Positions 14,373 through 22,726 of a stretch of DNA of 24,000 nt are shown here, in pieces. Within the stretch, counting starts at the first letter, position 1, and every line of letters begins with the position of its first letter. Made by a program: the position numbers and the translations under genes. Under the pieces are notes generated by a model. It worked only from the letters and a program-made list of their open reading frames with translations, had not been told where the DNA came from and did not search any database. This stretch comes from Methanomassiliicoccales archaeon (GTDB lineage Archaea > Thermoplasmatota > Thermoplasmata > RBG-16-68-12 > SOIM01), in contig JAUVHO010000002.1 in assembly GCA_030593295.1 (NCBI GenBank), positions 76,010-100,009 on the forward strand. Reading direction: 5' to 3'.

Positions 14373-17300
14373 CTATTCTTCAGGGATCGCAGGCTCGGAT
14401 TCGATGGGGCTTTCGTCTGCTGCTGGTTCCGGTTTCTCTGGAACCTCGTCCTCCGGCGGTGGCGGCAAGGTCTCTCGGGACCGCATTATCATGAACAGAA
14501 TCAGCACAAGTAGCACAACTATGACAACCACAAAGATCCACCAGAGATCTTCTATCCCAAGTCCTTCCATCACAAGAGGATCGTCGTCCAAACCGTCCTT
14601 CAACCCGTCTCCATCGGTGTCGGAATCGTTCGGATCACTTCCCATGAGGTACTCCTCGTAGTTGTTCAGATAGTCTCGGTCTGGATCATCCTCCGGATTG
14701 AATGCCGTGCTTCCGAAGTTCTCATTCTCCCAGGCATCAGGGATGCCGTCCTCATCAACATCGTCCGGCGGAATGACCTTGACCCAAAGGACATCCTCGT
14801 CCGAATTGCCGGCTCTGTCCGTCACCCTCAGTGTGACCTCGTACACGCCAACTGAGGAGAAGACATGGCTCGGGTCTGGTCCCTCCATCTCGATCTCGTT
14901 GCCGTCCTCTCTGAACGTCCAAGAGTAGGTCTCTATCTGGTCGTTGTCGGAAGAATCCGATCCGTCGAAGGTGAACTCCACACCATCCAGTATCTCCACA
15001 TCTTTGCCGGCGTCCGCGTCCGGAGATTCGGTGTCCACGAAGACGTTCCTGCTGTCCGCGGCGCAGTTGCCTGCAAGATCGCACGCGGTCACCACCACCA
15101 GATTGTCCCCATCCGCCAGCGGTATCATCCCATCGAACGCGCCGTTCGCATCGACCTGGAAGAACTGACCGTTCACCACCAGATTGGCCATTGGCTCAGT
15201 TGAACCTTGGACCCGTACAAACGGCTTGTTGGTGATTACCCCGTCCGCAGGGCTCTGTATCGTCAGCGACGGAGGGCTCTGGTCCAGAGTAACGGACCGC
15301 ATCACGCTGTTGGTATTGCCGGCCAAATCGGTGACGTTGAAGAAGATGTCGTTCGCCCCGCTCTGCAGAGAGATGGTCGCAGCGAAGCTCCCGTCGGGCT
15401 GCACCGTTACCGGAAGTCCGTTGATCGTAAGACTGGCTGTGGGCTCTGTCATTCCTGCTGCTTGAACGCTGTTAGCGTTCGTAAGGAGCCCGTCATCCGG
15501 ATCTGACACGAGCAGATAAGGTGGGATCGTGTCCACGTTCACGGTCACCTGGGTGCTTGCGCCGTTCCCAGCCATATCCGTCGCAGTGAGATTGATCAGG
15601 TTGGAACCTTCCACCAGGGCCACTGGAACCTCGAAAGAACCGTCCGATTGAACTATCGCTAGCTGTCCGCCGACAGAAACAGTCGCTCCCTGCTCGCTGA
15701 TGCCCTTCACGATCACTGTTGGGTAGTTCACCCATGAACCGCTCACAGGCTCTGTCACCATCAGAGGCGGAGGACTCGTGTCCCTGTACACCGTGAGATC
15801 GACCCTCGCGAAGTTACCAGCCAGATCCGTCGCTACTACCGAGATGGGGTTGCCCCCCTCGATCAGGCCCACGAACGTGGAGAACGATCCGTTGCCAAGA
15901 ACCAAAGTGGATATCCCGTTGACCCTTAGATCGACACCGGTCTCCGTCAGACCCTCGACCCGGGCGTTGAAGGAATTTGTAAGTAAACCGTCCGGAGGAC
16001 CGAGCACCGCGAGAAATGGAGGTATCGTATCGACCGTGAAGCTCCAAACTGTGCTGTTGTAGTTGCCGAAGTTGTCCCTTGCAGAGACATTGACCCAGTG
16101 CAGTCCCTCGGTCAGCAGGAAGGGGGTGGTCCATATGATCGATGAGGATGTGATCGTGGCAAGATTGGTGATGTCGAACCCGTCCACAAGCATCTGAACG
16201 GTGGACAGGTTCATTCCTGTGCCGTTGTCTGCGAAGCTCGCCCCCATTAGAGGCTGATTGTCGTTGATTATCGATCCGGGTGTGGGTGTGAATGCGTAGA
16301 ACTCTGGCGGTGTGTCCAGGACCTCTCCGTAGAACCGCACCGATAGGACCTCGGATGCGTAAGAGGGTCCGGCGAAGATTATCCCGTGGTATATCCCGTC
16401 CGCAGCTGGCAGAGTGTAGGAGGAATTGAAGTTCTCGGGCTGGTATGCTGACAAAGGCCCAGTGGGCAGGTCGCTCAATTGCAGGTCAAGTCCTTGGATC
16501 GCATCAATATCGATATCGAAGGTCGAAGAAGGACCCCCCACAGACCAACCGTGGACGAACACCCAGTATTTCCCGTTCCCTGGCTTCTTGATGGATACGA
16601 ACTCTGTTTGGTCGGGAGAAGTAGATGAGGCGACTATCTCCGAACCCCAGTTGGGAACCCCGTTGGTGTTGAGGTCCCTCAATACGTAAAGGTCAATGTC
16701 AATGGAATTGAAGCTGTCGGTGGTGACTTCCAGCAGTCCTCCGTCCACTATGTCTATCTCCATCGACCAGCTAGACGTGGAAGCGTCGCCCGGATTATCC
16801 TGCATGATGGTCTCGTTGGTCAGTTGGATGGGCTGTGAGACGCCGAATGATGTGACATCAATGTCAGGAAGGTTGATGGTCGAGTTCGCCAAGAAGGTCT
16901 GCTGTCCGGTAAGCTTGGAGAAGTCGGTGACCAAACCAACATCCCAAGGATTGGGGCTCAGTTCTATCATCCCAAGATCGACGGAGATGTTGCCCATGGA
17001 CTCCAGCCCCGCGTTCAGAACGTTGTGGAGCCCTATGCCCCAAAGACCGGGGATAAGGCTGGTCGCCACTATCTCCTGCGGTCCTCCGGTCGCCGTGTCG
17101 AACACGAACCTGCCGCCACCTATCCAAGTGTCGGCGCTCCTGCCCTTGGTCTCCAGTGTGTAAGGTCCATATCTGCTTGGATATGAAGCCGAGAAGGAGT
17201 CAGCGGTTGGACCCATCAGGAAGACATCGATGTCTGTGGGGACGTAGTCCCATGACACGTTGGCCACCATTTGCTGTCCAGGCTTGTAGGAACCGTCCGG

Positions 17301-20276
17301 GACCTCCACGAAGTAGTATCTCCAATCACCGGACTCATACCTCCAGCCCCAGTTGAACCCTCCAAAGACCGCTCCGTTGTCGTACAGTTCCCCGCTCGAT
17401 TCGTTGATCAGGAAATCGGTCGTCGTGGAGGCGATGTTCGCCGTTACCGGTATCGCCGTCTCGTTGGAATCATAGTTCAGCGTTACGAAAGCCTGATACA
17501 GTCCGAGTTCGGCATCCGAGGGGAAATCCACGTCCGCCTGGAAGGTCGAGGTCCCACCCGGAGCCAAGTTCAAAGTGGTAGGTGAAACAGAAAGCCAGCC
17601 GCAGTCCATGAGCTCGTAGGTGTCCACCCTCACATTCACGCTCGTTATCGGAACCAGCCCGGTCGTACGCGTGTGGAATATTCCCACCAGAAGGCCGTCG
17701 TGGATCCTCTCATACGGGTCACGCACCCTGGTCTCGTACCTGTTGGCGGCCTGTGATGCGAGTGCGAACCTCTGTATCTCCGAGTAGTTCGGGTAGCCCT
17801 CGATCTCGGTTTGCTGGACCACGCCATCGGAGTTAGCATCTATCCAGTATTCGCCGTCACCGTCCTCGTCCCACCAGTCATAGAGAGCCAGCGAGAATCG
17901 GTTCTCAATCCCGTAGTCCCAATCAGGATCGAACTCGAAGTAGTCAAGATAGACCGAGACCTTGACCAGGTCGGTACCCTGGGGTATCTCGAAAAGTCCG
18001 GATTTATTATCGATCAGCGGTATCAGGTAATCGGGTCTGACCCCTTGGTAGCCATCCTCCAGTGATGTGTCCGACTGTATGTTGTAGAAGATGGATTTGG
18101 TTCTCACATGGGCCTCATCGGAAACCGTCACCTGGGTGGAGTTCAGTTGATCAGCATTGTATACCTGGAACGTATGGCTGGCATTTCCTCCGGGGAACAG
18201 GATGTTCGCAAAGGCGTCGTAGTGGGTTCCTCGATAGTCCCCAGCCGTCCAGAACGACGGGGATGCTTCCACGCCGTATCTCTCGTTGGCAAGTTGGACC
18301 GCCCTGGATGCGTTCGCTATCCCAGCGCCCTGAAGCATCGCGTCGTAGTGAATGTTGTCCGCGGAGGACATGATGATCTCTCTGGCGACGGCAGAATCTG
18401 GGTACTGGCCGTGAGCTTCGGTGTACGACTCGTAGAGCAAGGACATGATCCCAGCAGCCACCGGCGTTGCCATGCTCGTTCCCCCCCAGATACCCCAGGC
18501 CTGATTGGCGTTGTTGACCTGATTCACCGTCACATCACCGGAACCATATGCACCTACTGACAGGATATCCGGGTCCACCTGTCCCAGTGCAGTCGGGCCT
18601 CGATCGGACCACGGGATCACGTCGCCCCATGTTGTGTAGTTCGCGGGCTCCGCGGTCCAAGTGCTGGTAGAAGCTCCCACCGTTACGACCCCTGGACTGG
18701 AACCTGGAGTGATGATAGTTCCATAGCCGTAACCACCGTTCCCGGCCGCGGCCATGAAGGTCGCTTTGGGAGCGTAATAGGTCGTGATCTCGTCGACGAA
18801 CCTCTCTCCGAACCCGAAGCCCTTGTTGATGGAATACGAACCGCCGAAGCTCAGGCTCAGGATGTTCGCCTCGTCACCAGTCCCAGGAATACCGTCGTAG
18901 CCTTCCACGGCGAAAACGTAGTTGTCCCACCAGTTGCCTCCCTGATAGATGTTGCCCACAGCGATGATCTTCGCCTTGGGTGCCATTCCTACGACTGCTC
19001 CTCCTGCGATCTTTCCTTGGGCCGCGATCGCGGATGCGCACAAAGTTCCGTGCGAGCCGCCGGCCTCGGTCGCATCGTTCAGAGCGAAAGCGACCAGGTC
19101 TCCGTTGTTGGGTATGATATTGGGAACTCCCATATCTTGCGAGATTGAATCTGAATACGGTACGAAGTTGACCCCGTCGGCGATGAAGTACACCAGTCCA
19201 CCCGACCGATCCGCAAGGCCGTCAGAATCAAGGTCGTGGGATGAAACCTCGTCCCCCTTCACGGCAGCCTTCTCATCTGCGAAGCTATTGTTGTTGTTGA
19301 GGTCCACGTATACGGCATCATACACTCCAGAGGTGGTCGTGTCCGTCACCAACACGCCCACGTAGGCCCCGTACCTGATGCGCAGGTAATCATCCGGATG
19401 TACGCCCAGGTGATACACCCCGCTCTGGCTCGGGATTGCGCCAATATCGTATCCGGTACTGTCCAGGATACCATCCATGTTGGAGTCCGTGTCAATGATT
19501 GAAGTGTCGGAGAACCAGTTGTTGGCACCTGGGAATCCATTGCCGGTAGAGAGGAACGACCTCATGGATCTGGAGTCGAAAGTTATCGGCCAGCCGAAGT
19601 AGGGCGAACCCGGGTCCTCCACCCTCGCCTGGGTTCCGTTCAGATCCGGATGGCCGAAATCCACTCCCGTGTCCAGGACGGCCACCTTGACACCCTCACC
19701 CTCGAATCCAAGGCTCCATGCCTCAACCGCTCCTTGGGTTAGTGTCACCTGCCACATCTGCGGAGAAGGCGAGTCTCCTGAGTATGGTCCCTGCCAGAAG
19801 TCTCTTGGATCGGGTGGTTGCGGGAGTTCGTAATCGAGTATTGCTCGAACGTTCGATAGTGACGCAACCTTGGGAATTACGTTTGCCGGAAGTTCGAGGA
19901 TTGTTGTCCCCATACCTTCGTCATTTGAGACGACATCACCATTTTCGAACATCTTGCCCGCTCTAAGCGCCTCATGGACCATCGAGATGGAATCCGCGAA
20001 AACAACCACTTTCACCGGTTCAGAACCTAGACCCGCAATCCTCCCCCTGAGATCTGTTTGGATCTTGGACATGAACGCTGGATCGATATTCGCAGCGTCG
20101 TCGATTTCCCATTCAGTGGTCACCGTTGCTCCATCTGGTGCGACCCCTCCCTGAACAGTACGTGCACCGATATCGTCCTTGGTCACATCAAGACTGCCTG
20201 GACTCGACCAGACAAAGGAAATAACCATAAGAGATACCAAAACAAAAGCCACCGGTCTACAGGACAATCTGGTCAT
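14373..20276 (-). CDS. Giant membrane-anchored subtilisin-family (S8) protease, pyrolysin/TPPII-like, 1967 aa
   Basis: The product has a signal peptide and an I9-like propeptide. The catalytic residues are Asp202 in VAVLDTGVD (19671-19673), His409 in GSHGT (19050-19052), Asn in AAGNGG, and Ser601 in GGTSMATP (18474-18476). A ~200-aa insert separates Asp and His. Downstream lie two PPC-like jelly-roll regions (DIDVFLMGP and IDIDLYVLRD..GKYWVFVHGW), five tandem Ig-like repeats, a PKD domain, TSP3-type DxDxDG repeats, a TM and a Pro/Glu tail. GAGGAG lies 6 nt upstream of the ATG. Confidence 0.92.
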   Translation of the reverse strand: MTRLSCRPVAFVLVSLMVISFVWSSPGSLDVTKDDIGARTVQGGVAPDGATVTTEWEIDDAANIDPAFMSKIQTDLRGRIAGLGSEPVKVVVFADSISMVHEALRAGKMFENGDVVSNDEGMGTTILELPANVIPKVASLSNVRAILDYELPQPPDPRDFWQGPYSGDSPSPQMWQVTLTQGAVEAWSLGFEGEGVKVAVLDTGVDFGHPDLNGTQARVEDPGSPYFGWPITFDSRSMRSFLSTGNGFPGANNWFSDTSIIDTDSNMDGILDSTGYDIGAIPSQSGVYHLGVHPDDYLRIRYGAYVGVLVTDTTTSGVYDAVYVDLNNNNSFADEKAAVKGDEVSSHDLDSDGLADRSGGLVYFIADGVNFVPYSDSISQDMGVPNIIPNNGDLVAFALNDATEAGGSHGTLCASAIAAQGKIAGGAVVGMAPKAKIIAVGNIYQGGNWWDNYVFAVEGYDGIPGTGDEANILSLSFGGSYSINKGFGFGERFVDEITTYYAPKATFMAAAGNGGYGYGTIITPGSSPGVVTVGASTSTWTAEPANYTTWGDVIPWSDRGPTALGQVDPDILSVGAYGSGDVTVNQVNNANQAWGIWGGTSMATPVAAGIMSLLYESYTEAHGQYPDSAVAREIIMSSADNIHYDAMLQGAGIANASRAVQLANERYGVEASPSFWTAGDYRGTHYDAFANILFPGGNASHTFQVYNADQLNSTQVTVSDEAHVRTKSIFYNIQSDTSLEDGYQGVRPDYLIPLIDNKSGLFEIPQGTDLVKVSVYLDYFEFDPDWDYGIENRFSLALYDWWDEDGDGEYWIDANSDGVVQQTEIEGYPNYSEIQRFALASQAANRYETRVRDPYERIHDGLLVGIFHTRTTGLVPITSVNVRVDTYELMDCGWLSVSPTTLNLAPGGTSTFQADVDFPSDAELGLYQAFVTLNYDSNETAIPVTANIASTTTDFLINESSGELYDNGAVFGGFNWGWRYESGDWRYYFVEVPDGSYKPGQQMVANVSWDYVPTDIDVFLMGPTADSFSASYPSRYGPYTLETKGRSADTWIGGGRFVFDTATGGPQEIVATSLIPGLWGIGLHNVLNAGLESMGNISVDLGMIELSPNPWDVGLVTDFSKLTGQQTFLANSTINLPDIDVTSFGVSQPIQLTNETIMQDNPGDASTSSWSMEIDIVDGGLLEVTTDSFNSIDIDLYVLRDLNTNGVPNWGSEIVASSTSPDQTEFVSIKKPGNGKYWVFVHGWSVGGPSSTFDIDIDAIQGLDLQLSDLPTGPLSAYQPENFNSSYTLPAADGIYHGIIFAGPSYASEVLSVRFYGEVLDTPPEFYAFTPTPGSIINDNQPLMGASFADNGTGMNLSTVQMLVDGFDITNLATITSSSIIWTTPFLLTEGLHWVNVSARDNFGNYNSTVWSFTVDTIPPFLAVLGPPDGLLTNSFNARVEGLTETGVDLRVNGISTLVLGNGSFSTFVGLIEGGNPISVVATDLAGNFARVDLTVYRDTSPPPLMVTEPVSGSWVNYPTVIVKGISEQGATVSVGGQLAIVQSDGSFEVPVALVEGSNLINLTATDMAGNGASTQVTVNVDTIPPYLLVSDPDDGLLTNANSVQAAGMTEPTASLTINGLPVTVQPDGSFAATISLQSGANDIFFNVTDLAGNTNSVMRSVTLDQSPPSLTIQSPADGVITNKPFVRVQGSTEPMANLVVNGQFFQVDANGAFDGMIPLADGDNLVVVTACDLAGNCAADSRNVFVDTESPDADAGKDVEILDGVEFTFDGSDSSDNDQIETYSWTFREDGNEIEMEGPDPSHVFSSVGVYEVTLRVTDRAGNSDEDVLWVKVIPPDDVDEDGIPDAWENENFGSTAFNPEDDPDRDYLNNYEEYLMGSDPNDSDTDGDGLKDGLDDDPLVMEGLGIEDLWWIFVVVIVVLLVLILFMIMRSRETLPPPPEDEVPEKPEPAADESPIESEPAIPEE
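15021..16316 (-). repeat. Five tandem Ig-like protein repeats (83-95 aa each) within the protease
   Basis: Each unit begins D(T/Q)(I/S/P)PP and ends ..ATDLAGN....V.V. The units span 16316-16032, 16031-15783, 15782-15534, 15533-15285 and 15284-15021. DNA identity between units is only moderate. Confidence 0.8.
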
Positions 20277-20435
20277 CGAATTCTCCTCAGAATGGAGAAG
20301 CCATTCACGATTTTGTAAAGATTACTTACTTATTAGTATGTTTGTGTTGGTGGCCATCTTTTTACATTGCGGTGTTCGCTTTCTCGACTGCCCCGTCCCA
20401 AAAGGATAATTACGCCCCATCGCTTTCATCGGCCC
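20277..20435. promoter_or_regulatory. Divergent promoter region (protease leftward, PIN gene rightward)
   Basis: The minus strand has AT-rich boxes (CTTTACAAAA and ACTAATAAGTAAG) upstream of a GAGGAG-containing leader. The plus strand has GATAATTA (20405-20412), centred ~27 nt before the GTG at 20436. Confidence 0.45.
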
Positions 20436-20810
20436 GTGACCGGAAGACCTGTAGTGATCTTGGACGCCAATGCGCTCCTGATGCCCTTTCAGTTCAGGAT
20501 TAACCTTGACGCAGAGCTTCAGAGGCTCGTGGGTGAATGCGAGATCCTTGTCCCTTCCTCCGTTATGGGTGAATTGAGAAAGCAGGAGGGGACCACCAGG
20601 GATGCAAAGGCCGCCTTGACCCTTGCCCAGAAGTACAACATCGTGGAGGTTGAGGATAGCGGTGATGTCTCTCTGTTGGCGCTAGCTCGTCGGAGGAAAG
20701 GCATCGTCGTGACCAATGATAAGGAGCTGATAGGGGAACTGAAGCAGTCCGGGATACCGGTCATCTCTCTTCGGTCCAGAACCCATCTGGAACTGGAAGG
20801 CATGGTCTAG
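20436..20810 (+). CDS. PIN-domain nuclease, Fcf1/Utp24-like (about 124 aa)
   Basis: The PIN acidic residues lie in VVILDANAL, VMGELRK and VVTNDKEL, and the size and layout match the archaeal Fcf1-like PIN family. The ORF-track start at 20367 is a TTG with an odd basic extension. The GTG at 20436 fits the TATA spacing. The exact start is uncertain. Confidence 0.65.
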   Translation: MTGRPVVILDANALLMPFQFRINLDAELQRLVGECEILVPSSVMGELRKQEGTTRDAKAALTLAQKYNIVEVEDSGDVSLLALARRRKGIVVTNDKELIGELKQSGIPVISLRSRTHLELEGMV

Positions 20811-20813
20811 GAA

Positions 20814-20827
20814 GGTTTTTCTTTATC
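20814..20827 (+). promoter_or_regulatory. T-rich/TATA-like element between the PIN gene and rbkR
   Basis: GGTTTTTCTTTATC lies directly after the PIN TAG. Its centre is ~22-26 nt before the GTG at 20845. The T5 run could also terminate the PIN transcript. Confidence 0.4.
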
Positions 20828-20844
20828 TTCACTTATGCGTTGAC

Positions 20845-21501
20845 GTGAAACCCCAACATCTTCAGACCCTCAAACAGATTGCCCTGATGGGAGGTATTCA
20901 CGATTTCGTCGTTCTATCATCCGCCGGTCTCGGCAGGACAATGTCGATCAGCCAGCAGTCGGCCTCCAAGAGGATTCTCGAGCTCCTGGACATGGGATTG
21001 ATGGCTCGGGATCTTGGGACCAGGGCACAGAGGCTCAAGCTCACAAAAGAGGGCGTTGAGGCGCTGACCCGCGAGTACGCGGACTACAAGAAGATATTCG
21101 AGCTCAAGGACAGGCTCACTATCAGCGGCACGGTGACAACAGGATTGGGAGAGGGTCAATACTACGTCCAGCAGAATGAATACAAGGTCCAGTTCGAGGA
21201 GAAGCTGTGGTTCGAACCGTACGAGGGAACGCTCAATATCAAGGTGGGCACCAGCGAGGTCTTCAAACTGAACATCTTGGAAGACTCGGACGGGATACTC
21301 ATCAAAGGGTTCGAGAGCAAGGGCCGGACCTTCGGGGACGTGAAGTGTTTCCCGGCGAAGATGAGGAACGTGGAATGCGCCGTCATAATGCCAGTGAGGT
21401 CGCACCACAGCGACGTCCTCGAGGTCATATCAAAGCATCATTTGCGCTCCACCCTCGACGTGGAGGATGGCAACATAGTGGAGCTCACTGTTTTTCTGTA
21501 G
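20845..21501 (+). CDS. rbkR: Bifunctional wHTH regulator / CTP-dependent riboflavin kinase (RbkR-type)
   Basis: The C-terminal ~125 aa match archaeal RibK (GLGEGQYY, FEPYEGTLNIK, MPVRSHHSDVLEVI). The N-terminal ~85 aa look like a MarR-like winged helix (LSSAGLGRTMSISQQSASKRILELLDMGLMAR). The start is a GTG. Confidence 0.88.
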   Translation: MKPQHLQTLKQIALMGGIHDFVVLSSAGLGRTMSISQQSASKRILELLDMGLMARDLGTRAQRLKLTKEGVEALTREYADYKKIFELKDRLTISGTVTTGLGEGQYYVQQNEYKVQFEEKLWFEPYEGTLNIKVGTSEVFKLNILEDSDGILIKGFESKGRTFGDVKCFPAKMRNVECAVIMPVRSHHSDVLEVISKHHLRSTLDVEDGNIVELTVFL

Positions 21502-21514
21502 CGTTCACATCAAC

Positions 21515-21523
21515 TCTAAATAT
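21515..21523 (+). promoter_or_regulatory. TATA-like box for the geranylgeranyl reductase gene
   Basis: TCTAAATAT is centred 26 nt before the GTG at 21545. Confidence 0.45.
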
Positions 21524-21544
21524 CGATGTCCCTTTACTCGGTTC

Positions 21545-22726
21545 GTGGATTTCGACGTCGTGGTTGTAGGCGCAGGACCCATGGGAGGATACGCTGCAGA
21601 TATCATCTCCAGCGCGGGATGGAGGGTCGCCCTCATCGAGGAACACAGGAAGATCGGGGTCCCAGTTCAATGCGCGGGTCTGGTCACGCCCAGGATTTTC
21701 GAGATCGTTGACAAGAGATTGACCGTTGTCAATTCACTCCGTGGTGCAGAGATATATTCACCCGAAGGAAGGGAGCTGATAGTTGATGGCAGAGAGACCA
21801 AGGCCGTTGTTCTCGATCGGGCTGCCTTTGACAGTGAGATTGCGAGGGACGCCCTGCTGCACGGTGCCACCTCCTTCCTCGGGTCGACATTCGTCAACGC
21901 CGAGAAGAAGGACAGGGGTATGGAGGTCGATGTCCAGACACCCGAAAGAATGGTGAAGGTCAACTGCAGGATACTGATAGGGGCGGACGGAATAAGGTCC
22001 AAAGTCTCCAGACGCTTCGAGCTCCCCAAGGCGGAGAGCATCGTCAAGGGGTTCGAGGCCGAACTTGTGGAGGTGGACTGTGACCGCCGCTTCGCCAAGA
22101 TATTCACTGGTAATGATGTTGCCCCAGGTTTCTTTGCCTGGATAATCCCCACTGGCGAGGGAGGTGCCAGGGTGGGCCTGTGCGTAGCCAAGGGAAGTGC
22201 TTACCAGTACTTCAACGCCCTTTTCGAAAAAGGAGAGTCTGCCAGGTTCCTGAAGAAGTCGAGGACTGTATCGTTCGTTGCTGGTGCCATTCCTTTCGGT
22301 CTGCTCAGCAGGACCGTTGAAGACCACGTTATGATCGTGGGCGATGCCGCATGCCAGGCCAAGGCCAGCACAGGAGGAGGTATCTACACCGGTCTCGTTG
22401 CGTCGAAGATATGCGCGGACACCGCCATCCTTGCACTGGAAGCCGATGATTTCTCCAAGAAGTTCCTGAGCAGGTACCACCGGAACTGGAAGAAGGCGAT
22501 TGGAAGGGAATTGAAGAGAGGCCTTCACCTTCACAGATTGTGCAGGGACCTGACCGACAAGCAGCTGGAAGAGATATTCAAACTTCTGGACAATGATGAG
22601 ATACTTGAGATGGTCTCGGAGACGGGTGATATAACGTTCCCGTCCAGCATCGGGTGGCATCTGCTGAGAAAAGAACCCAAGTTCATGAAGTTCCTTACGC
22701 CGTCTCTGAAAGCACTTTTCAAATGA
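21545..22726 (+). CDS. Geranylgeranyl reductase family flavoprotein (likely digeranylgeranylglycerophospholipid reductase)
   Basis: The product has an FAD-binding N-terminus (DFDVVVVGAGPMGG..IEE), then CAGLV and GADG..S, and is 393 aa, typical of archaeal GGR. The GTG start gives the canonical N-terminus. Confidence 0.88.
   Translation: MDFDVVVVGAGPMGGYAADIISSAGWRVALIEEHRKIGVPVQCAGLVTPRIFEIVDKRLTVVNSLRGAEIYSPEGRELIVDGRETKAVVLDRAAFDSEIARDALLHGATSFLGSTFVNAEKKDRGMEVDVQTPERMVKVNCRILIGADGIRSKVSRRFELPKAESIVKGFEAELVEVDCDRRFAKIFTGNDVAPGFFAWIIPTGEGGARVGLCVAKGSAYQYFNALFEKGESARFLKKSRTVSFVAGAIPFGLLSRTVEDHVMIVGDAACQAKASTGGGIYTGLVASKICADTAILALEADDFSKKFLSRYHRNWKKAIGRELKRGLHLHRLCRDLTDKQLEEIFKLLDNDEILEMVSETGDITFPSSIGWHLLRKEPKFMKFLTPSLKALFK

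Noticed and set aside
14376-14546. The C-terminal TM of the protease (and of the 1054-aa protein) as a PGF-CTERM/archaeosortase sorting signal.
   Set aside because: There is no PGF or similar motif before the helix. The helix is followed by 33-aa and ~100-aa tails rather than a few basic residues at the extreme C-terminus.
15021-16316. The tandem Ig-like repeats as a diversity-generating (DGR) or phase-variable cassette system.
   Set aside because: No reverse transcriptase, template repeat or invertase is present in the window. The repeat DNA copies are substantially diverged (roughly 60% identity where I compared the unit starts), so this is ancient domain duplication rather than an active variation mechanism.
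20367-20435. An N-terminal extension of the PIN ORF (MRCSLSRLPRPKRIITPHRFHRP) from a TTG start.
   Set aside because: It is a TTG start with odd basic, non-PIN sequence, and it would bury the GATAATTA box (20405-20412) inside the coding sequence. The GTG at 20436 gives a canonical PIN N-terminus (VVILDANAL) at the expected TATA distance. Analogous long-ORF extensions were rejected at 1287, 1886, 4520 and 11990.
20277-20435. A small RNA (C/D-box sRNA, tRNA or riboswitch) in the two largest intergenic regions (20277-20435 and 10271-10429).
   Set aside because: I found no RUGAUGA/CUGA box pairs at sRNA spacing, no cloverleaf-compatible segments and no extended conserved-looking helices. Both regions are adequately explained as divergent promoters plus 5' leaders.
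20436-20810. The PIN protein as a VapC toxin of a toxin-antitoxin or defence module.
   Set aside because: There is no small antitoxin ORF upstream or downstream on the same strand. The neighbours are housekeeping genes, and the sequence layout resembles the conserved archaeal Fcf1/Utp24-like PIN family rather than VapC. I cannot fully exclude it without profile searches.
21758-22660. Long antisense ORFs inside well-supported genes: 300 aa here, and also 12809-13612, 10757-11269, 20917-21408 and 2835-3362.
   Set aside because: These show the same open antisense-frame effect. All lie entirely within genes that carry strong family signatures on the other strand. The compositions are not protein-like and no start signals are present.
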